NCBI GenBank assembly: GCA_004298385.1
Contig: SCTX01000106.1
Span: 12 to 64,011, forward strand
Direction of reading: 5' to 3'
Origin: Betaproteobacteria bacterium
GTDB lineage: Bacteria > Pseudomonadota > Gammaproteobacteria > Burkholderiales > SG8-39
Length of the DNA: 64,000 bases
Part shown: positions 19,189 through 29,464 of the stretch, piece by piece
Layout of the letters: each line of letters opens with the position of its first letter
How positions within the stretch are numbered: the stretch's first letter is position 1
Position numbers and translations under genes: made by a program
The notes under the pieces: generated by a model
The model's input: only the letters and a program-made list of their open reading frames with translations
Told to the model about the DNA's origin: nothing
The model's database searches: none

Positions 19189-21919
19189 CGCTGCGCTCGT
19201 TAATGCGGCACAGCGGCTGCATGCCGCAGAACTGGCAGGTGTCGTCGCCGTGCTTGGGAGCCACGCGCGCGTCACCCGAGGCGAAGCCCTGCCCCAACGC
19301 GGCCAGCTCGCGCCGCCAGCCTTCGACAAGGTTCTCCCAGGAGCCGTAGCCCTTGGCGAGCGCGCTGCGTTGGTCGCCGATGGTTTTGACGCCCGGCAAG
19401 AGATCTTTGTCGCGCGCGATGCCCTTGAATTCCAACTCTCCTGTTTTGACGCGCGCGAAAGCGACGGCCGCGATGTTCTTTTCGCTGCCGATTGCGTAAA
19501 GCGGCAGTTGCGGCTCGTCCGGCCGGGTGCCAAGCCATGCCGTGACGCTGGCTTCGCCCGTCTTATAGTCGAGAATGACGTGGCCGCCCGCGCCCAGTTT
19601 GTCCATGCGGTCGAGCTTGGCGTTCACCGCAACGCCACCGAATTGCACGACGCGTTTTTCTTCCACTGCGGCCACTTCGAAAACCGGGCGTTGCTTCTCG
19701 AATTCGAGCCAGTCGCGCGCGAGTGCGGCGAGGCGCGAGCGTTCCCGCTCGGCGAAGCGGCCTTGCAGCGCTTCGGGTTTCCAGCGGCGCAGCCTGCCGA
19801 TGGCTTCATCCGCGCAGTGAGCGAGTAGCGTGGCAAGATCATCCGTGCTGATCGCATCAAGCGCGGCTTTGCCGCCGAGCGCCGTCCAGACCGCGGCGAG
19901 CACCGAGTGCAGCAGCGTGCCACGGTCCCTTGCGTTTAGACCGGGCTGCGGCGTCTCCAGTGCTTCGGTGCCGAGGCGATGCGCGGCGAAGGCGCGGAAC
20001 GGGCATGCCGCCTGGTCGCGAAATATGCCGGTGCCACCCGAGTGCGGGCCTGCATCCGCGCCCAGGCGTGCGAGCTCAGGCGCCTTATCGTCGGCGATGC
20101 GCTCCTCGCGCCGCGCACGGTGGATCGCGTCGCGCAGCTTGTCGTAGACCGGAATGCCGAAATCTTCGAACATCGCTCCGGGCACGGCCGCAATCAGCGG
20201 GCTCGCAGAAAGTTCGCGGTCGCCCTCGCGTAGCGGATGGCTGAACACCACTTCCGGTGCCGCGGCCAGCCAGCCTGCGGTGATGCGCCGGTCGAGCTCG
20301 ATCGATCCGGCGGCGTCCGCCTGGGGCACTCCCGCTTCGCGCTGCAACTTGATCGGAATGAACGGGTTAGGCCGCACGGGAATGGGCCATGCGTCGTCGG
20401 TGAGTCCCATCACCCACAGGTGGTCGAATTCGAGTCCGGCGGATTCGAGCACGCCGAGTATCTGCACAGGGACATCGGCGGCTTCGGGCTGGAACAGCGT
20501 GTCGGCGGTCACGCGCGCCAGACGCCGGCAGGCATCAGCATAGCCCATGCGCCCGGCGACGGCATCGAGCGCGGCGAAGCCCGCCACCACTTCGTGCCAT
20601 TTTTTCAGCGTCTGGTATTCCGTCGAGTCTAAGCCGCGGCCCTTGTCGAGAAACCCGAGAAGACCGAGCGCCGCCGAGATCGCCTTCGCCCACTCCGAAG
20701 GCCGCTTCGCGCCGAACAGATTTGTCTTGCGGAATTCGGCGAGCTGCGACAGCCGCTCGGCGAGGACGGGGCAACGCGGCGCGCCGCGCATGTCCATCAG
20801 GCGCAGCAGGGCTTCCAGCGTGAGGGTCGTGCCGGCGCGCGCGCGCAACACGGCATCGAGTCGCGCGCGAGCGGTCATTTCCGCCTCGCTGCCCGCGAAA
20901 AACGGCGAACGAAGCAGCCGGCTCGCACGATTGAATTCGATCTCGCGCCCGGCAAGCTGCAGCGCGAGCAACGCGTCATGTACCAGAGGGTATTGATTGA
21001 GAGAGATGCCAATCGATATGTTGAAAGGCAGCGTTTGCTTCGACACCCCGGGCAGTGAATGGTCCGGCTGCATGATCGATGCAAAAATGCGTTTGACCGT
21101 GCTGCGCGCCTGCGCGAGGCCGGGAACGACGACGCCGATATGCGCCTGCGGATTGGCCTCCAGCCGCGCGCGCGCCCAAGTGGCGCTAGCGAGCATTTCG
21201 TCGCGCTCGGCGGTGAACGCGATGCGCGAGCAGCGCCCCGCGTCTCCAGCCGGGCCAGTCGCAAGCACTTCGATACCCACGGCTTCCAGGGCATCAAGCA
21301 ACGCGCGCTGCTGAGCAGTCATAATGTCAAAGCCATAGCGGACCAGGGTCTTTGGTTTGGTGAGGGCCTGATGCGCGAGCAGCGGAATCACTGCGTCGGG
21401 CAGCCGTGCCGCGTCGATGTAGCCGGATTTTCGGCTGGAACGCGCGCAGGCGCGCTCGTAGCGCGCCGCCCAGTCGAGAAAGGCCTTCGCATCTTCGTTC
21501 GCAGCAGCGGCCTTCAGGCGCGGCATCAGGCACCCGGCGTGCGCGAGCTGCCAGGCTTCGCGGCATTGCGTTGCGGCAGACGAGGCCGAGAGCAGAGTCT
21601 CTGCCAGTTTGGATGCGCGGATCGCGTCCTCCCACAGTGATTGCTCCTGCGCCGGCGTGAGCAGGATAGGCAGAGCGGACGCGAGTTCGGAGTAGAGCGC
21701 GTCTTCATAGCAGCGCTGGACGAAAGCGGAGTACGACAGGATGTCGGCCGATTCCCAGGCGCTGCGGCCTTGCGCGGCCTGGGCCGCATCGAATTCGCGC
21801 TCGAGCGATTGCGCCAGGCGCTGGTTGGGGGTGATTACTGTGACACCGCCGGCGAGTCCTTCGGCTAAGCGCGCGAACAGTTGCGCTTTGGATAACGCTG
21901 CGTAAGGTTCGCCGGACAT
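19181..21919 (-). CDS. addB: ATP-dependent helicase/nuclease subunit B (AddB-like, PD-(D/E)xK nuclease)
   Basis: ACPFRAFA, KLDRMD..ILDYKTG, QLPLY and CQFC...LCR Fe-S staple cysteines; upstream of addA. Confidence 0.88.
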   Translation of the reverse strand: MSGEPYAALSKAQLFARLAEGLAGGVTVITPNQRLAQSLEREFDAAQAAQGRSAWESADILSYSAFVQRCYEDALYSELASALPILLTPAQEQSLWEDAIRASKLAETLLSASSAATQCREAWQLAHAGCLMPRLKAAAANEDAKAFLDWAARYERACARSSRKSGYIDAARLPDAVIPLLAHQALTKPKTLVRYGFDIMTAQQRALLDALEAVGIEVLATGPAGDAGRCSRIAFTAERDEMLASATWARARLEANPQAHIGVVVPGLAQARSTVKRIFASIMQPDHSLPGVSKQTLPFNISIGISLNQYPLVHDALLALQLAGREIEFNRASRLLRSPFFAGSEAEMTARARLDAVLRARAGTTLTLEALLRLMDMRGAPRCPVLAERLSQLAEFRKTNLFGAKRPSEWAKAISAALGLLGFLDKGRGLDSTEYQTLKKWHEVVAGFAALDAVAGRMGYADACRRLARVTADTLFQPEAADVPVQILGVLESAGLEFDHLWVMGLTDDAWPIPVRPNPFIPIKLQREAGVPQADAAGSIELDRRITAGWLAAAPEVVFSHPLREGDRELSASPLIAAVPGAMFEDFGIPVYDKLRDAIHRARREERIADDKAPELARLGADAGPHSGGTGIFRDQAACPFRAFAAHRLGTEALETPQPGLNARDRGTLLHSVLAAVWTALGGKAALDAISTDDLATLLAHCADEAIGRLRRWKPEALQGRFAERERSRLAALARDWLEFEKQRPVFEVAAVEEKRVVQFGGVAVNAKLDRMDKLGAGGHVILDYKTGEASVTAWLGTRPDEPQLPLYAIGSEKNIAAVAFARVKTGELEFKGIARDKDLLPGVKTIGDQRSALAKGYGSWENLVEGWRRELAALGQGFASGDARVAPKHGDDTCQFCGMQPLCRINERSDE

Positions 21920-22017
21920 GGTGGCGTATGATAATCCACGAGCGTCAGTCACGTGAGCGAGGTAAGCCGATTGAATACGAACCTGGAATTCCCCGCTGTC
22001 CTCCCAGGCACGCGAAC

Positions 22018-23277
22018 ATGACTGCCGAATCCGCACGCATAAACCGCCTCACGCTGCGTTTCACCGACGCGGGCCTGGAGAAGGCTTTTGCCGAGGAGCA
22101 GGCGAAGAAATCCCTGCGTCCGGTTCGAATCGCGCTCGTCTGCGCCGGTGCGCTGACGGTCGTCATATGGCCCGTGGCCATTCAGACAGCTCCTGCTGTT
22201 CAAGAGCACATGCCGAGAATCGTTGTCACGGTTCTGGCCACGCTTGGCCTCTGCTTTGCCTTGACGCATACGCAGGTTTTTCTGCGCCGGCATCAGTGGA
22301 TAATGCTCGCCCTCGCGTGTGTGCTGTCGTTTGGAATGACAAATGGCATCATGCCACGATATCCGCCGCAGATACTGGAAGCACGCGGCTTTTTCCCAAT
22401 GGCGATTCAATTGTTCACCATCTACGGCGTTTTTCGCCTGCGTTTTCCCGCCGCGGTGGCCGGCGGATGGATCAGCATGGCGATGTACCTTGCCTTGCTT
22501 CGCGCGCTCGGATTGCTGCCCGAAAGCGCGTTCTTCGTGCACGCGTCCACACTCATGGCGGCGAACCTTTGGGGCATGCTGATTTGCTACCAGATGGACC
22601 TCGCCATCCGGCGTGCGTTCCTGGCAATGCGCGACGTCGCCGCCGAGCACGAGCGCTCCGAGCAGCTGCTGCTCAACATCCTGCCGGCGGACCTTGCGAA
22701 AGAGTTATCGGAGACCGGCAGCGCGCGTCCGGCCCGGCACGAGTCCGTCACGATATTGTTTACCGATTTCAGTGGGTTCACGCAGACGGCATCGGCAATG
22801 CCCGCGGACCGCATGGTTGCCGAATTGAGTGACATATTCGCGGCGTTTGACGACATCTGCGATGAACTGGGCGTCGAAAAGATCAAGACCATCGGCGACG
22901 CCTACATGGCCGCCGCCGGTTTGCCCAAGCCCTGCGCGGATCATGCCCAGCGCTGCGTACGCGCGGGCCTGCGCATGTTGGACTATCTTGAGCAGAGGAA
23001 CCGAAAAGCGCCTTTCAAGTGGTCACTTCGCGTCGGCGTTCATTCGGGTCCGGTGGTCGCGGGTGTCGTCGGCAAGCGCAAGTATGCCTTCGACATCTGG
23101 GGCGATACCGTCAATATCGCGTCGCGAATGGAAAGCGCCGGCGAGGCCGGCCGGGTCAACGTTTCGGCCTACACCTTCGATCTGATTCAGGATGAGTTCG
23201 CCTGTGAATATCGCGGCAAGGTGGGCGCCAAGGGCAAGGGCGAGATCGATATGTACTTTGTCACTGGTGCACGATAA
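22018..23277 (+). CDS. Membrane-bound class III adenylate cyclase
   Basis: About six hydrophobic helices, then LLLNILP, LFTDFSGFT, KIKTIGDAYM, FDIWGDTVN.ASRMES (Lys/Asp ATP-specifying residues). Confidence 0.9.
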   Translation: MTAESARINRLTLRFTDAGLEKAFAEEQAKKSLRPVRIALVCAGALTVVIWPVAIQTAPAVQEHMPRIVVTVLATLGLCFALTHTQVFLRRHQWIMLALACVLSFGMTNGIMPRYPPQILEARGFFPMAIQLFTIYGVFRLRFPAAVAGGWISMAMYLALLRALGLLPESAFFVHASTLMAANLWGMLICYQMDLAIRRAFLAMRDVAAEHERSEQLLLNILPADLAKELSETGSARPARHESVTILFTDFSGFTQTASAMPADRMVAELSDIFAAFDDICDELGVEKIKTIGDAYMAAAGLPKPCADHAQRCVRAGLRMLDYLEQRNRKAPFKWSLRVGVHSGPVVAGVVGKRKYAFDIWGDTVNIASRMESAGEAGRVNVSAYTFDLIQDEFACEYRGKVGAKGKGEIDMYFVTGAR

Positions 23278-23322
23278 TCCAGAGGTGCCCCTGGTCACCA
23301 GCAGCGGCGCCATTACCCGAAC

Positions 23323-24165
23323 TTACATCAGTTTCCTGAAAAACCTGTCCAATGCACGCTGAGGCAATAGCGTGGGCAGGGTCCACTTGAAGAATTTATT
23401 CTGAACGATGGCATAGCGTATTTTTGGTTTCTCCGTTTCAAAAATATCCGCGATCTGCCTCGAGCATTGCTCCAGGGGCATTCCTGTTCTTTTCGCCTCA
23501 GGCAAAACTTTGCCAAAGAATCTGGCCAGCGAATCAGAATACGAAGTCCCTTCGAACTGCTGCAGCGAGCCCTTGTCCCAGATGGGCGTCCGGATCACAC
23601 CAGGCCCGATAATGATCACGGTGATGCCATAACGCATGAATTCCATGCGCATGGCATGCGAAATGCCTTCCAGGGCATGCTTCGTACCGGCATAGGGCGC
23701 CATATAAGGGCCTGCAAGCTTGCCGGCCACCGAACTTATATTCAAAATCCTGCCCGGCGCTGACGGATGATCTTTTTGGGCGCCCAGCAACGGCAGAAAG
23801 GCTTTTGTCACACGGAGCAGGCCAAACACATTCACTTCGAAATTATGGGCTATCTCCTCCACGGACAGCAGCTCGATGGGTCCGAGGACCGAAATGCCGG
23901 AGTTGTTGATGAGCCCGCCGAGTCCCTGCCCTTTGCATTGGCCTTTGACTTCAGCCACCGCGCGGCCTATGGCCGCCGCGTCGGTAACGTCGAAGAAAAG
24001 CGGCAGGAAACCGGCACCCAGCTCGGATTTCACCCGGTCCGCATCTTCCTTTTTGCGCACGCTGCCAAAGACCGCGTAGCCTCTGCGGATCAATTCTTTC
24101 GCGGCGCCGTAACCAATGCCCGTGGAAGCGCCGGTGATCAGGACGAACTTGGATTTTGGTTTCAC
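23323..24165 (-). CDS. Short-chain dehydrogenase/reductase
   Basis: TGASTGIG, NISS, YAGTK (YxxxK); GTG start at 24165 inferred. Confidence 0.88.
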   Translation of the reverse strand: MKPKSKFVLITGASTGIGYGAAKELIRRGYAVFGSVRKKEDADRVKSELGAGFLPLFFDVTDAAAIGRAVAEVKGQCKGQGLGGLINNSGISVLGPIELLSVEEIAHNFEVNVFGLLRVTKAFLPLLGAQKDHPSAPGRILNISSVAGKLAGPYMAPYAGTKHALEGISHAMRMEFMRYGITVIIIGPGVIRTPIWDKGSLQQFEGTSYSDSLARFFGKVLPEAKRTGMPLEQCSRQIADIFETEKPKIRYAIVQNKFFKWTLPTLLPQRALDRFFRKLM

Positions 24166-24199
24166 AATCGGTTCGCGTCTAATGGTTTGCGCGTAACAC

Positions 24200-24499
24200 T
24201 CAATCGCTATCCCGATCGGTGCGCCGGGCGGCAAAATACAGGCGCGCGAGCGGCAGCAGGCTCAGGTAGAAGACGAGATAGGTCAACAGCCCCCAGACGA
24301 ATGCGCTTTGATACGGCCGGTCCAACATCCAGGCAATGACAGCAGTCGTCGCGCCCCAAGCGAGGACACCGGCCAATACGCGCGGCCAGGCTTTGTCGAT
24401 GATGAACCATAAATCGGCGATGCCGTGGAGCGCCACGATCATGCGGATCGACAGATAGCTTCCCAGCGCAAAGGCTGCGATCTGAAGGAGCAGTGTCAT
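24200..24499 (-). CDS. Small membrane protein (three predicted TM helices)
   Basis: Hydrophobic 99-aa ORF; ATG overlaps the upstream stop; AAGGAGG RBS. Confidence 0.7.
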   Translation of the reverse strand: MTLLLQIAAFALGSYLSIRMIVALHGIADLWFIIDKAWPRVLAGVLAWGATTAVIAWMLDRPYQSAFVWGLLTYLVFYLSLLPLARLYFAARRTDRDSD

Positions 24500-27120
24500 G
24501 CGTCCTCCTTTGGCGCAAGAATCCGCACGCTGCCAAGGTTACCGTCAACGGCAACGCGATCGCCGTTGCGTATCTTTTGCGTCGCTTCCGCGACGTCGAC
24601 CACGCAGGGCATGCCGAATTCGCGCGCCACGGTTCCGGCGTGCGAAAGATAGCTTCCCACCTCGACCACGGCCGCGCCCGCGGTAAGGAACAGCGGCGTC
24701 CACGCGGGATCGGTATAGGGGGCGACGAGCACCTCGCCCGGCGTCAGTTCCACGTCGATCGACGGGTCCAGGATCACGCGCGCGCGGCCTTCATAGGCGC
24801 CCGGCGAAGCAGGCTGCCCTTGCAGCACTGTGGCGCCCTCATGCTGCGTGGCCGGTGCATATTTCTCGGGCATGTCGATGCCGATCGTCTTCGGCGGACC
24901 CATCTTGCACAGGCGAATATGTTCGATGCGGCGTTCGCGAATCCTGTCCTCCACGTCCAGCCATCCGAGACGGCCGGACTGCAACCCGCTCAGTTCGCTT
25001 ATTTGCAGGAAGAAGATGTCGTCCTTGCATTTGAGCTTTCCCTGACGCATGAGTTCGCCCTCGATGCGCAGCACGATTTTGCGCACCGCGCCCAATCCCA
25101 TGATGTAATAAAAGCGCGAGTTCTCGCGCAGCTTCTGGAAGTAGCGCACCCGTTCCGCGGCAAACTGGATCAGCCGCATGCGCAATCCCAAGGCGCGCTC
25201 GAGCGGCAGCGCTTGCAGCCTGGCGCGCAGATCATCGATCAACGCCGCGCGCGCCTCGGCGATCTTCTGTTCGTGGATCGACGGCGCGGCCTCGATCAGC
25301 AGGTAATTGCGCACCATGCCGAGCACCACCGCCGGGTTTTCGTCCCAGCGCGGCGAGCGAAGTTCCCACTCCTTGATCGCGCGGTGGCCGTTCTTCGCCA
25401 GGAAACCATCGAGATGACGCAGGAAATCCTGCGCGTCCGTGCTCAGTTTGAGTTCGGCCAGCGCCCGCTCCGGCGCCTGCGCGAGGAGTATGCCACGCAC
25501 GCTGGCATTGCGATTCGCCTCGACCGCGAGCGCCCAGATGCCGCGGCCCATTTCCGCCGAGAGCACGCCTTCCCCACCGGAGCAGAGTATGGCCTCCGCG
25601 TCGGCGCGCACATCGGGCGCCCAACGCCGCACGATCCGGCGAAGGACGCGCATCCGCGATATGTATCTGACGGCCGAAAGATTGATCAACAAGGGCATGT
25701 TCGCAACGGGATCGCGCAACTTCGGCAGCAGCAACAGCCGGAGCGCGGCATCGGCGGGACCGATCATTGGATCCGCGCCGATGTCTTTGCATAGCGCCCG
25801 GTAGCTGTCCAGCGCGCCGTCGGGGAGATTTCGCGTGCGCAATAGCAGCACTACATTCACGATGAAAAACATGAAACCCAGCACGAGCAGCGCCGGCAGC
25901 TTGGCGATGGAGATCCTCCACGCCGGCGCGTCCTTCGAAATCGAATAAAGATAGTCGGCAAGCGCTTCGGCCGAAACCTTGAACGGCAGCGGGCGCCGCA
26001 GTGCCTCGACGTCGACGTAGATCCAGCCGTGGATGGACCGGAACAGGAGAGACGGGATCAACATCAGCAGATTCCCGGCCAGCGGTGTAAACGGATCGGT
26101 GAAATTCTCCACCAGCGGCTTGAACAGCACGTATTTGCCCACGATGTCGCGGCCGATGTCCTCGCGACCCATGACCGTGATCGGGCGCGACTGCAGCAGA
26201 TAGAAGTGGCCGTCGCAGATCGCCCACTCCACGTCCTGCGGCTTGCCGAAATGCGACTCGCATTTGAGCGACCACTCGGCGACTGTGCGCAGAAGATCGG
26301 GCGTGAGCGATTCGCGCCGCCGCATCGCGTTCGGGACTTCCTCGAGCCGCGCGGATCGTCCCGCTTCGAGGTGCGCCGCGACCATCAGCCGCTTGTCGGC
26401 CACGCGCTGCGATCGAACCCGCAGATCGGCGCGCTCCAGCACGTAGTTGTCGGGCGTGACGCGGCCATCGACGATGGCTGCGCCCATGCCCCAACTCGAC
26501 TCGATGATGACTTCATCGCGCGAGCCGCTGACCGGATTCGCGGTGAAACTCACGCCGGACACTTCGGAGGCGATCATTTCCTGCACCACCACCGCCATCG
26601 ACACCGACGCATGATCGATGCCGTGCGTGGCGCGATAGGACACCGCTTCCGCGCTCCACAGCGAGCCCCAGCACTGCCTCACTTTCTTCAGCAATTGCGC
26701 CGCGTCGACGTAGTAATAGGTACCGTGCTGACCGGCGAAGCTCGCGGCGCCCAGATCTTCCGCAGTGGCGGAACTCCTGACGGCGCAGACGATCGGCCGC
26801 CCGCGGTTTTCAATCAATCTGCGATGCGCCGCGAGGATCAGATCTGCCAGTTCCGCGGGCAAGTCCTCGTTTTCGAGACGTTCGCGAATCGCGGCGCAGC
26901 GCGGTACGATCTCCTCAGGCGGCACGGAATCGAGCTCGCGCAGTGCGGCGCCCAGATCGAGGACCTCCAAGACACGGGCGTAGGCGTCCGCGCATACCAC
27001 GAATCCAGGCGGAACCGGAAAGCCGTTCCGGAGCAGTTCGCCGAGGTTGGCGCCTTTGCCTCCGACCAGCCCCGTGTCGCCGGCGCCTACTTCATCCAGT
27101 GAAAGGACGAGCGACCTCAC
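24496..27120 (-). CDS. PEP synthase/PPDK-like phosphotransferase with rifampin-phosphotransferase (RPH)-type domain order
   Basis: VGGKGANLGEL, AVRSSATAED..SFAGQ, QDVEWA..LLQSRPIT, a central helical domain and C-terminal LSHAGTVAREFG phospho-His domain; no PEP-binding TIM barrel. Confidence 0.85.
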   Translation of the reverse strand: MRSLVLSLDEVGAGDTGLVGGKGANLGELLRNGFPVPPGFVVCADAYARVLEVLDLGAALRELDSVPPEEIVPRCAAIRERLENEDLPAELADLILAAHRRLIENRGRPIVCAVRSSATAEDLGAASFAGQHGTYYYVDAAQLLKKVRQCWGSLWSAEAVSYRATHGIDHASVSMAVVVQEMIASEVSGVSFTANPVSGSRDEVIIESSWGMGAAIVDGRVTPDNYVLERADLRVRSQRVADKRLMVAAHLEAGRSARLEEVPNAMRRRESLTPDLLRTVAEWSLKCESHFGKPQDVEWAICDGHFYLLQSRPITVMGREDIGRDIVGKYVLFKPLVENFTDPFTPLAGNLLMLIPSLLFRSIHGWIYVDVEALRRPLPFKVSAEALADYLYSISKDAPAWRISIAKLPALLVLGFMFFIVNVVLLLRTRNLPDGALDSYRALCKDIGADPMIGPADAALRLLLLPKLRDPVANMPLLINLSAVRYISRMRVLRRIVRRWAPDVRADAEAILCSGGEGVLSAEMGRGIWALAVEANRNASVRGILLAQAPERALAELKLSTDAQDFLRHLDGFLAKNGHRAIKEWELRSPRWDENPAVVLGMVRNYLLIEAAPSIHEQKIAEARAALIDDLRARLQALPLERALGLRMRLIQFAAERVRYFQKLRENSRFYYIMGLGAVRKIVLRIEGELMRQGKLKCKDDIFFLQISELSGLQSGRLGWLDVEDRIRERRIEHIRLCKMGPPKTIGIDMPEKYAPATQHEGATVLQGQPASPGAYEGRARVILDPSIDVELTPGEVLVAPYTDPAWTPLFLTAGAAVVEVGSYLSHAGTVAREFGMPCVVDVAEATQKIRNGDRVAVDGNLGSVRILAPKEDA

Positions 27121-27515
27121 TGGTTTTCCATCGACAATGCGCTGCCGTCCATCGCCGTCCCGCTCCCTTTGAACCGCCCGACTCCTGGTACCAGGCTGTC
27201 GCGACGCCGAGATTAGGCCGATATTCAAGCTCGCGCAACCTCCAATTTTGAACGGACATTCAGGCTCGATCAAACGGGAATTATTCCCTGCGGCATTCCC
27301 CCATCGCATCGCTCTCATCCCCACTGCGCATCATGCGATGGCCTCATGCCCCTCAGGAATCGCGTCATTTAATTGCAATCGGGCGGGCGAACGTGCAGTA
27401 TGGTTCCCGGCGCAATGCTCGGCAGCGCCGAATCGGCGCCAGACTGTCGCCGTCGACCGGTGGTACGAAAGGATCTGGAGTAGATTTCCTGTCATTTTGT
27501 CCATACCATCCTGGA

Positions 27516-28085
27516 ATGTCCCCGACCAAGCTGATACTTACCATTCTCGTTCGGGCCATGCTTTGCCTGCTGGTTTCAGCCGCCTGCTATTTCATGTTCA
27601 CGGCCTTGCTCGGTGCAACTGGCCAGGCCTCCGAAACGAGAATAATCTGGGCCATGACCATACTCACCAGCGGCGTGGTTTGGGTATTTGCCTTCGTGCG
27701 CCCGGCGTTTGAGCTGGTGGGAGCGCTGACCGACGCGGTTCGGGCGCTGCTCTGGCGCGACGAGAACGGGCGTTATTACGCCTTCGATGGGCAGAGGATC
27801 AGAGTCGTTGTTGTTGAAGGCGAGCCGTGGGTGGCCGAAACGGATGTGCTCAAGGTGTTGGGTCCGAAGGCGCCGAGGCATCTGAACTGGCAAAAGATGC
27901 CCGCCGACGAGTACGGGGAGATTGCAGGGGCGGATCTGAAGGGTTTCTCGGAAAAAGGCGTAGAGAAGCTCTTTACCGGGAAATCCGATGCCTCTTCTCT
28001 ACGGTTTCGAAAATGGCTGATCGGAGATGTGTTCTTTCCGTTTCGCCGCGCGCGCGAGCGTGGCTTGCCGCCGCCGTGGACGTAG
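27516..28085 (+). CDS. Membrane protein with C-terminal Bro-N-like domain
   Basis: Two TM helices, then FDGQRIRVV..EGEPWVA..DV..VLG ... FSE.GV..L ... FRKWL...VF.P. Confidence 0.6.
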   Translation: MSPTKLILTILVRAMLCLLVSAACYFMFTALLGATGQASETRIIWAMTILTSGVVWVFAFVRPAFELVGALTDAVRALLWRDENGRYYAFDGQRIRVVVVEGEPWVAETDVLKVLGPKAPRHLNWQKMPADEYGEIAGADLKGFSEKGVEKLFTGKSDASSLRFRKWLIGDVFFPFRRARERGLPPPWT

Positions 28086-28139
28086 CCATCGATTGTTGGC
28101 CACACAGGCGGCGCGTCATTCGCAAACCGGAGAAGGTAC

Positions 28140-29453
28140 ATGCGCACATTCCTTGGCGGCCTCGTTGGCGTCGCAGCCGCACTGACCATGGTGTTCCCAG
28201 CACGCGCTGCGTCCCCCGTGTTCGAATCGACGCTTGGCATTCGCATGCTCGACTCGAGGACAGAGCAATCGCTCGAAGGTGCGGTGGCGGTAGCCTCGGA
28301 GCACTATTACTGGACTGCTTTTCACAACACGGGCACGACCTGTTTTCGCGCCGCGGCCAAGCGGCTTGAGTCGCGCGGCGAGGCCGGGATCCTGCGCCTG
28401 CCCGCCGTGGACCCGGTCACGTCGGCAAAGGTCATCGACGAGACCCGCCACGTCGAATTGTTCGGCTATCGCGCAGGATATTGCCTTGCGCAGCCGTACG
28501 CTTCGGCGGGACATGCCGGTTTCACCAAGTGGGCGAACAAGGGCAAATCATCGGGCAGTTGGGGAAAGGTCGAGACGCCGCAATTTGGGAGCACCATCGT
28601 GCTGCGCCTGAAGCCTTCGAACGATGCGCCGGAGCGCCGCCTGCGCTACCTCGTGCGCATCGCCGAACAAGTCGGCGGCCACTGCCGCGATGTCGGCGAG
28701 GCTTGGCTGCAACCATTCAAGGCGGCGGTTCTCGCCGAAGCGCACGCCCTGGCGTCGGACCCAGTGGAAAAGCTTCTCGCTGCGCGCGTGAGCGAGGCAT
28801 TCGAGCCCAATCCCCGGCACAAGGTCCTGCGCAACGTGCTGCATGCCTCCGCGGTGAAAGGCGATGTCCCGGGCATGCGCAGAATGCTGGGGTGGGCGAG
28901 AAAGGATCCGTTTCTCGCCGGAAGTTACTGCCCGCCGGATGAATCGACCTGCATGATCCCGGTTCGAGCCCAGGATGAGATGCCGCGCGAGCGTGCCTTC
29001 GACATCAATGAACGCGACGAAAACGGCTACTCCGCGCTGATGGCCGCAGCCAGGGCGATGCAGCCCGCAAGCGTTCGCGCGCTCATCGAAGCGGGGGCTG
29101 ACGTCAATGTGCTGAGCGGCCCGGGCGGCTACGGCGCGCTCGATCTGGTGCTGTCGCGCGCGCGCGATGACCTGAAGGAAGGCGGCGCCGAGGGGCTCGA
29201 GGGCCACTTGCTGCGCATGATCGACCTGCTCAAGAGCGCGAACCCGCCGCCGACGCTGCACCCGGTCTATCACGCGCAACTGTCGGACACTTCGCGCTGG
29301 AAGCTCGGCCCGCGCCTGCAGCCGTTCTGGATGGAAGTGCGCGCGCGCGTCGCCGCGCTCGCGCCGCGCGCCGCGATCGAGGCGGCCTGCCCGATAGAGG
29401 AGCCGGCGCGGTTGTCGCTCGATATTTGGGATGAAAAGCCTGTGGCGCGCTGA
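28140..29453 (+). CDS. Secreted ankyrin-repeat protein
   Basis: Signal peptide; DINERDENGYSALMAAA, LIEAGADVN. Confidence 0.7.
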   Translation: MRTFLGGLVGVAAALTMVFPARAASPVFESTLGIRMLDSRTEQSLEGAVAVASEHYYWTAFHNTGTTCFRAAAKRLESRGEAGILRLPAVDPVTSAKVIDETRHVELFGYRAGYCLAQPYASAGHAGFTKWANKGKSSGSWGKVETPQFGSTIVLRLKPSNDAPERRLRYLVRIAEQVGGHCRDVGEAWLQPFKAAVLAEAHALASDPVEKLLAARVSEAFEPNPRHKVLRNVLHASAVKGDVPGMRRMLGWARKDPFLAGSYCPPDESTCMIPVRAQDEMPRERAFDINERDENGYSALMAAARAMQPASVRALIEAGADVNVLSGPGGYGALDLVLSRARDDLKEGGAEGLEGHLLRMIDLLKSANPPPTLHPVYHAQLSDTSRWKLGPRLQPFWMEVRARVAALAPRAAIEAACPIEEPARLSLDIWDEKPVAR

Positions 29454-29464
29454 AGCGCCGGGTT

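Noticed and set aside
19189-19533. N-terminal extension of addA in the ORF track (1206 aa)
   Set aside because: Overlaps addB; the likely start is ATG 19188, coupled to the addB stop.
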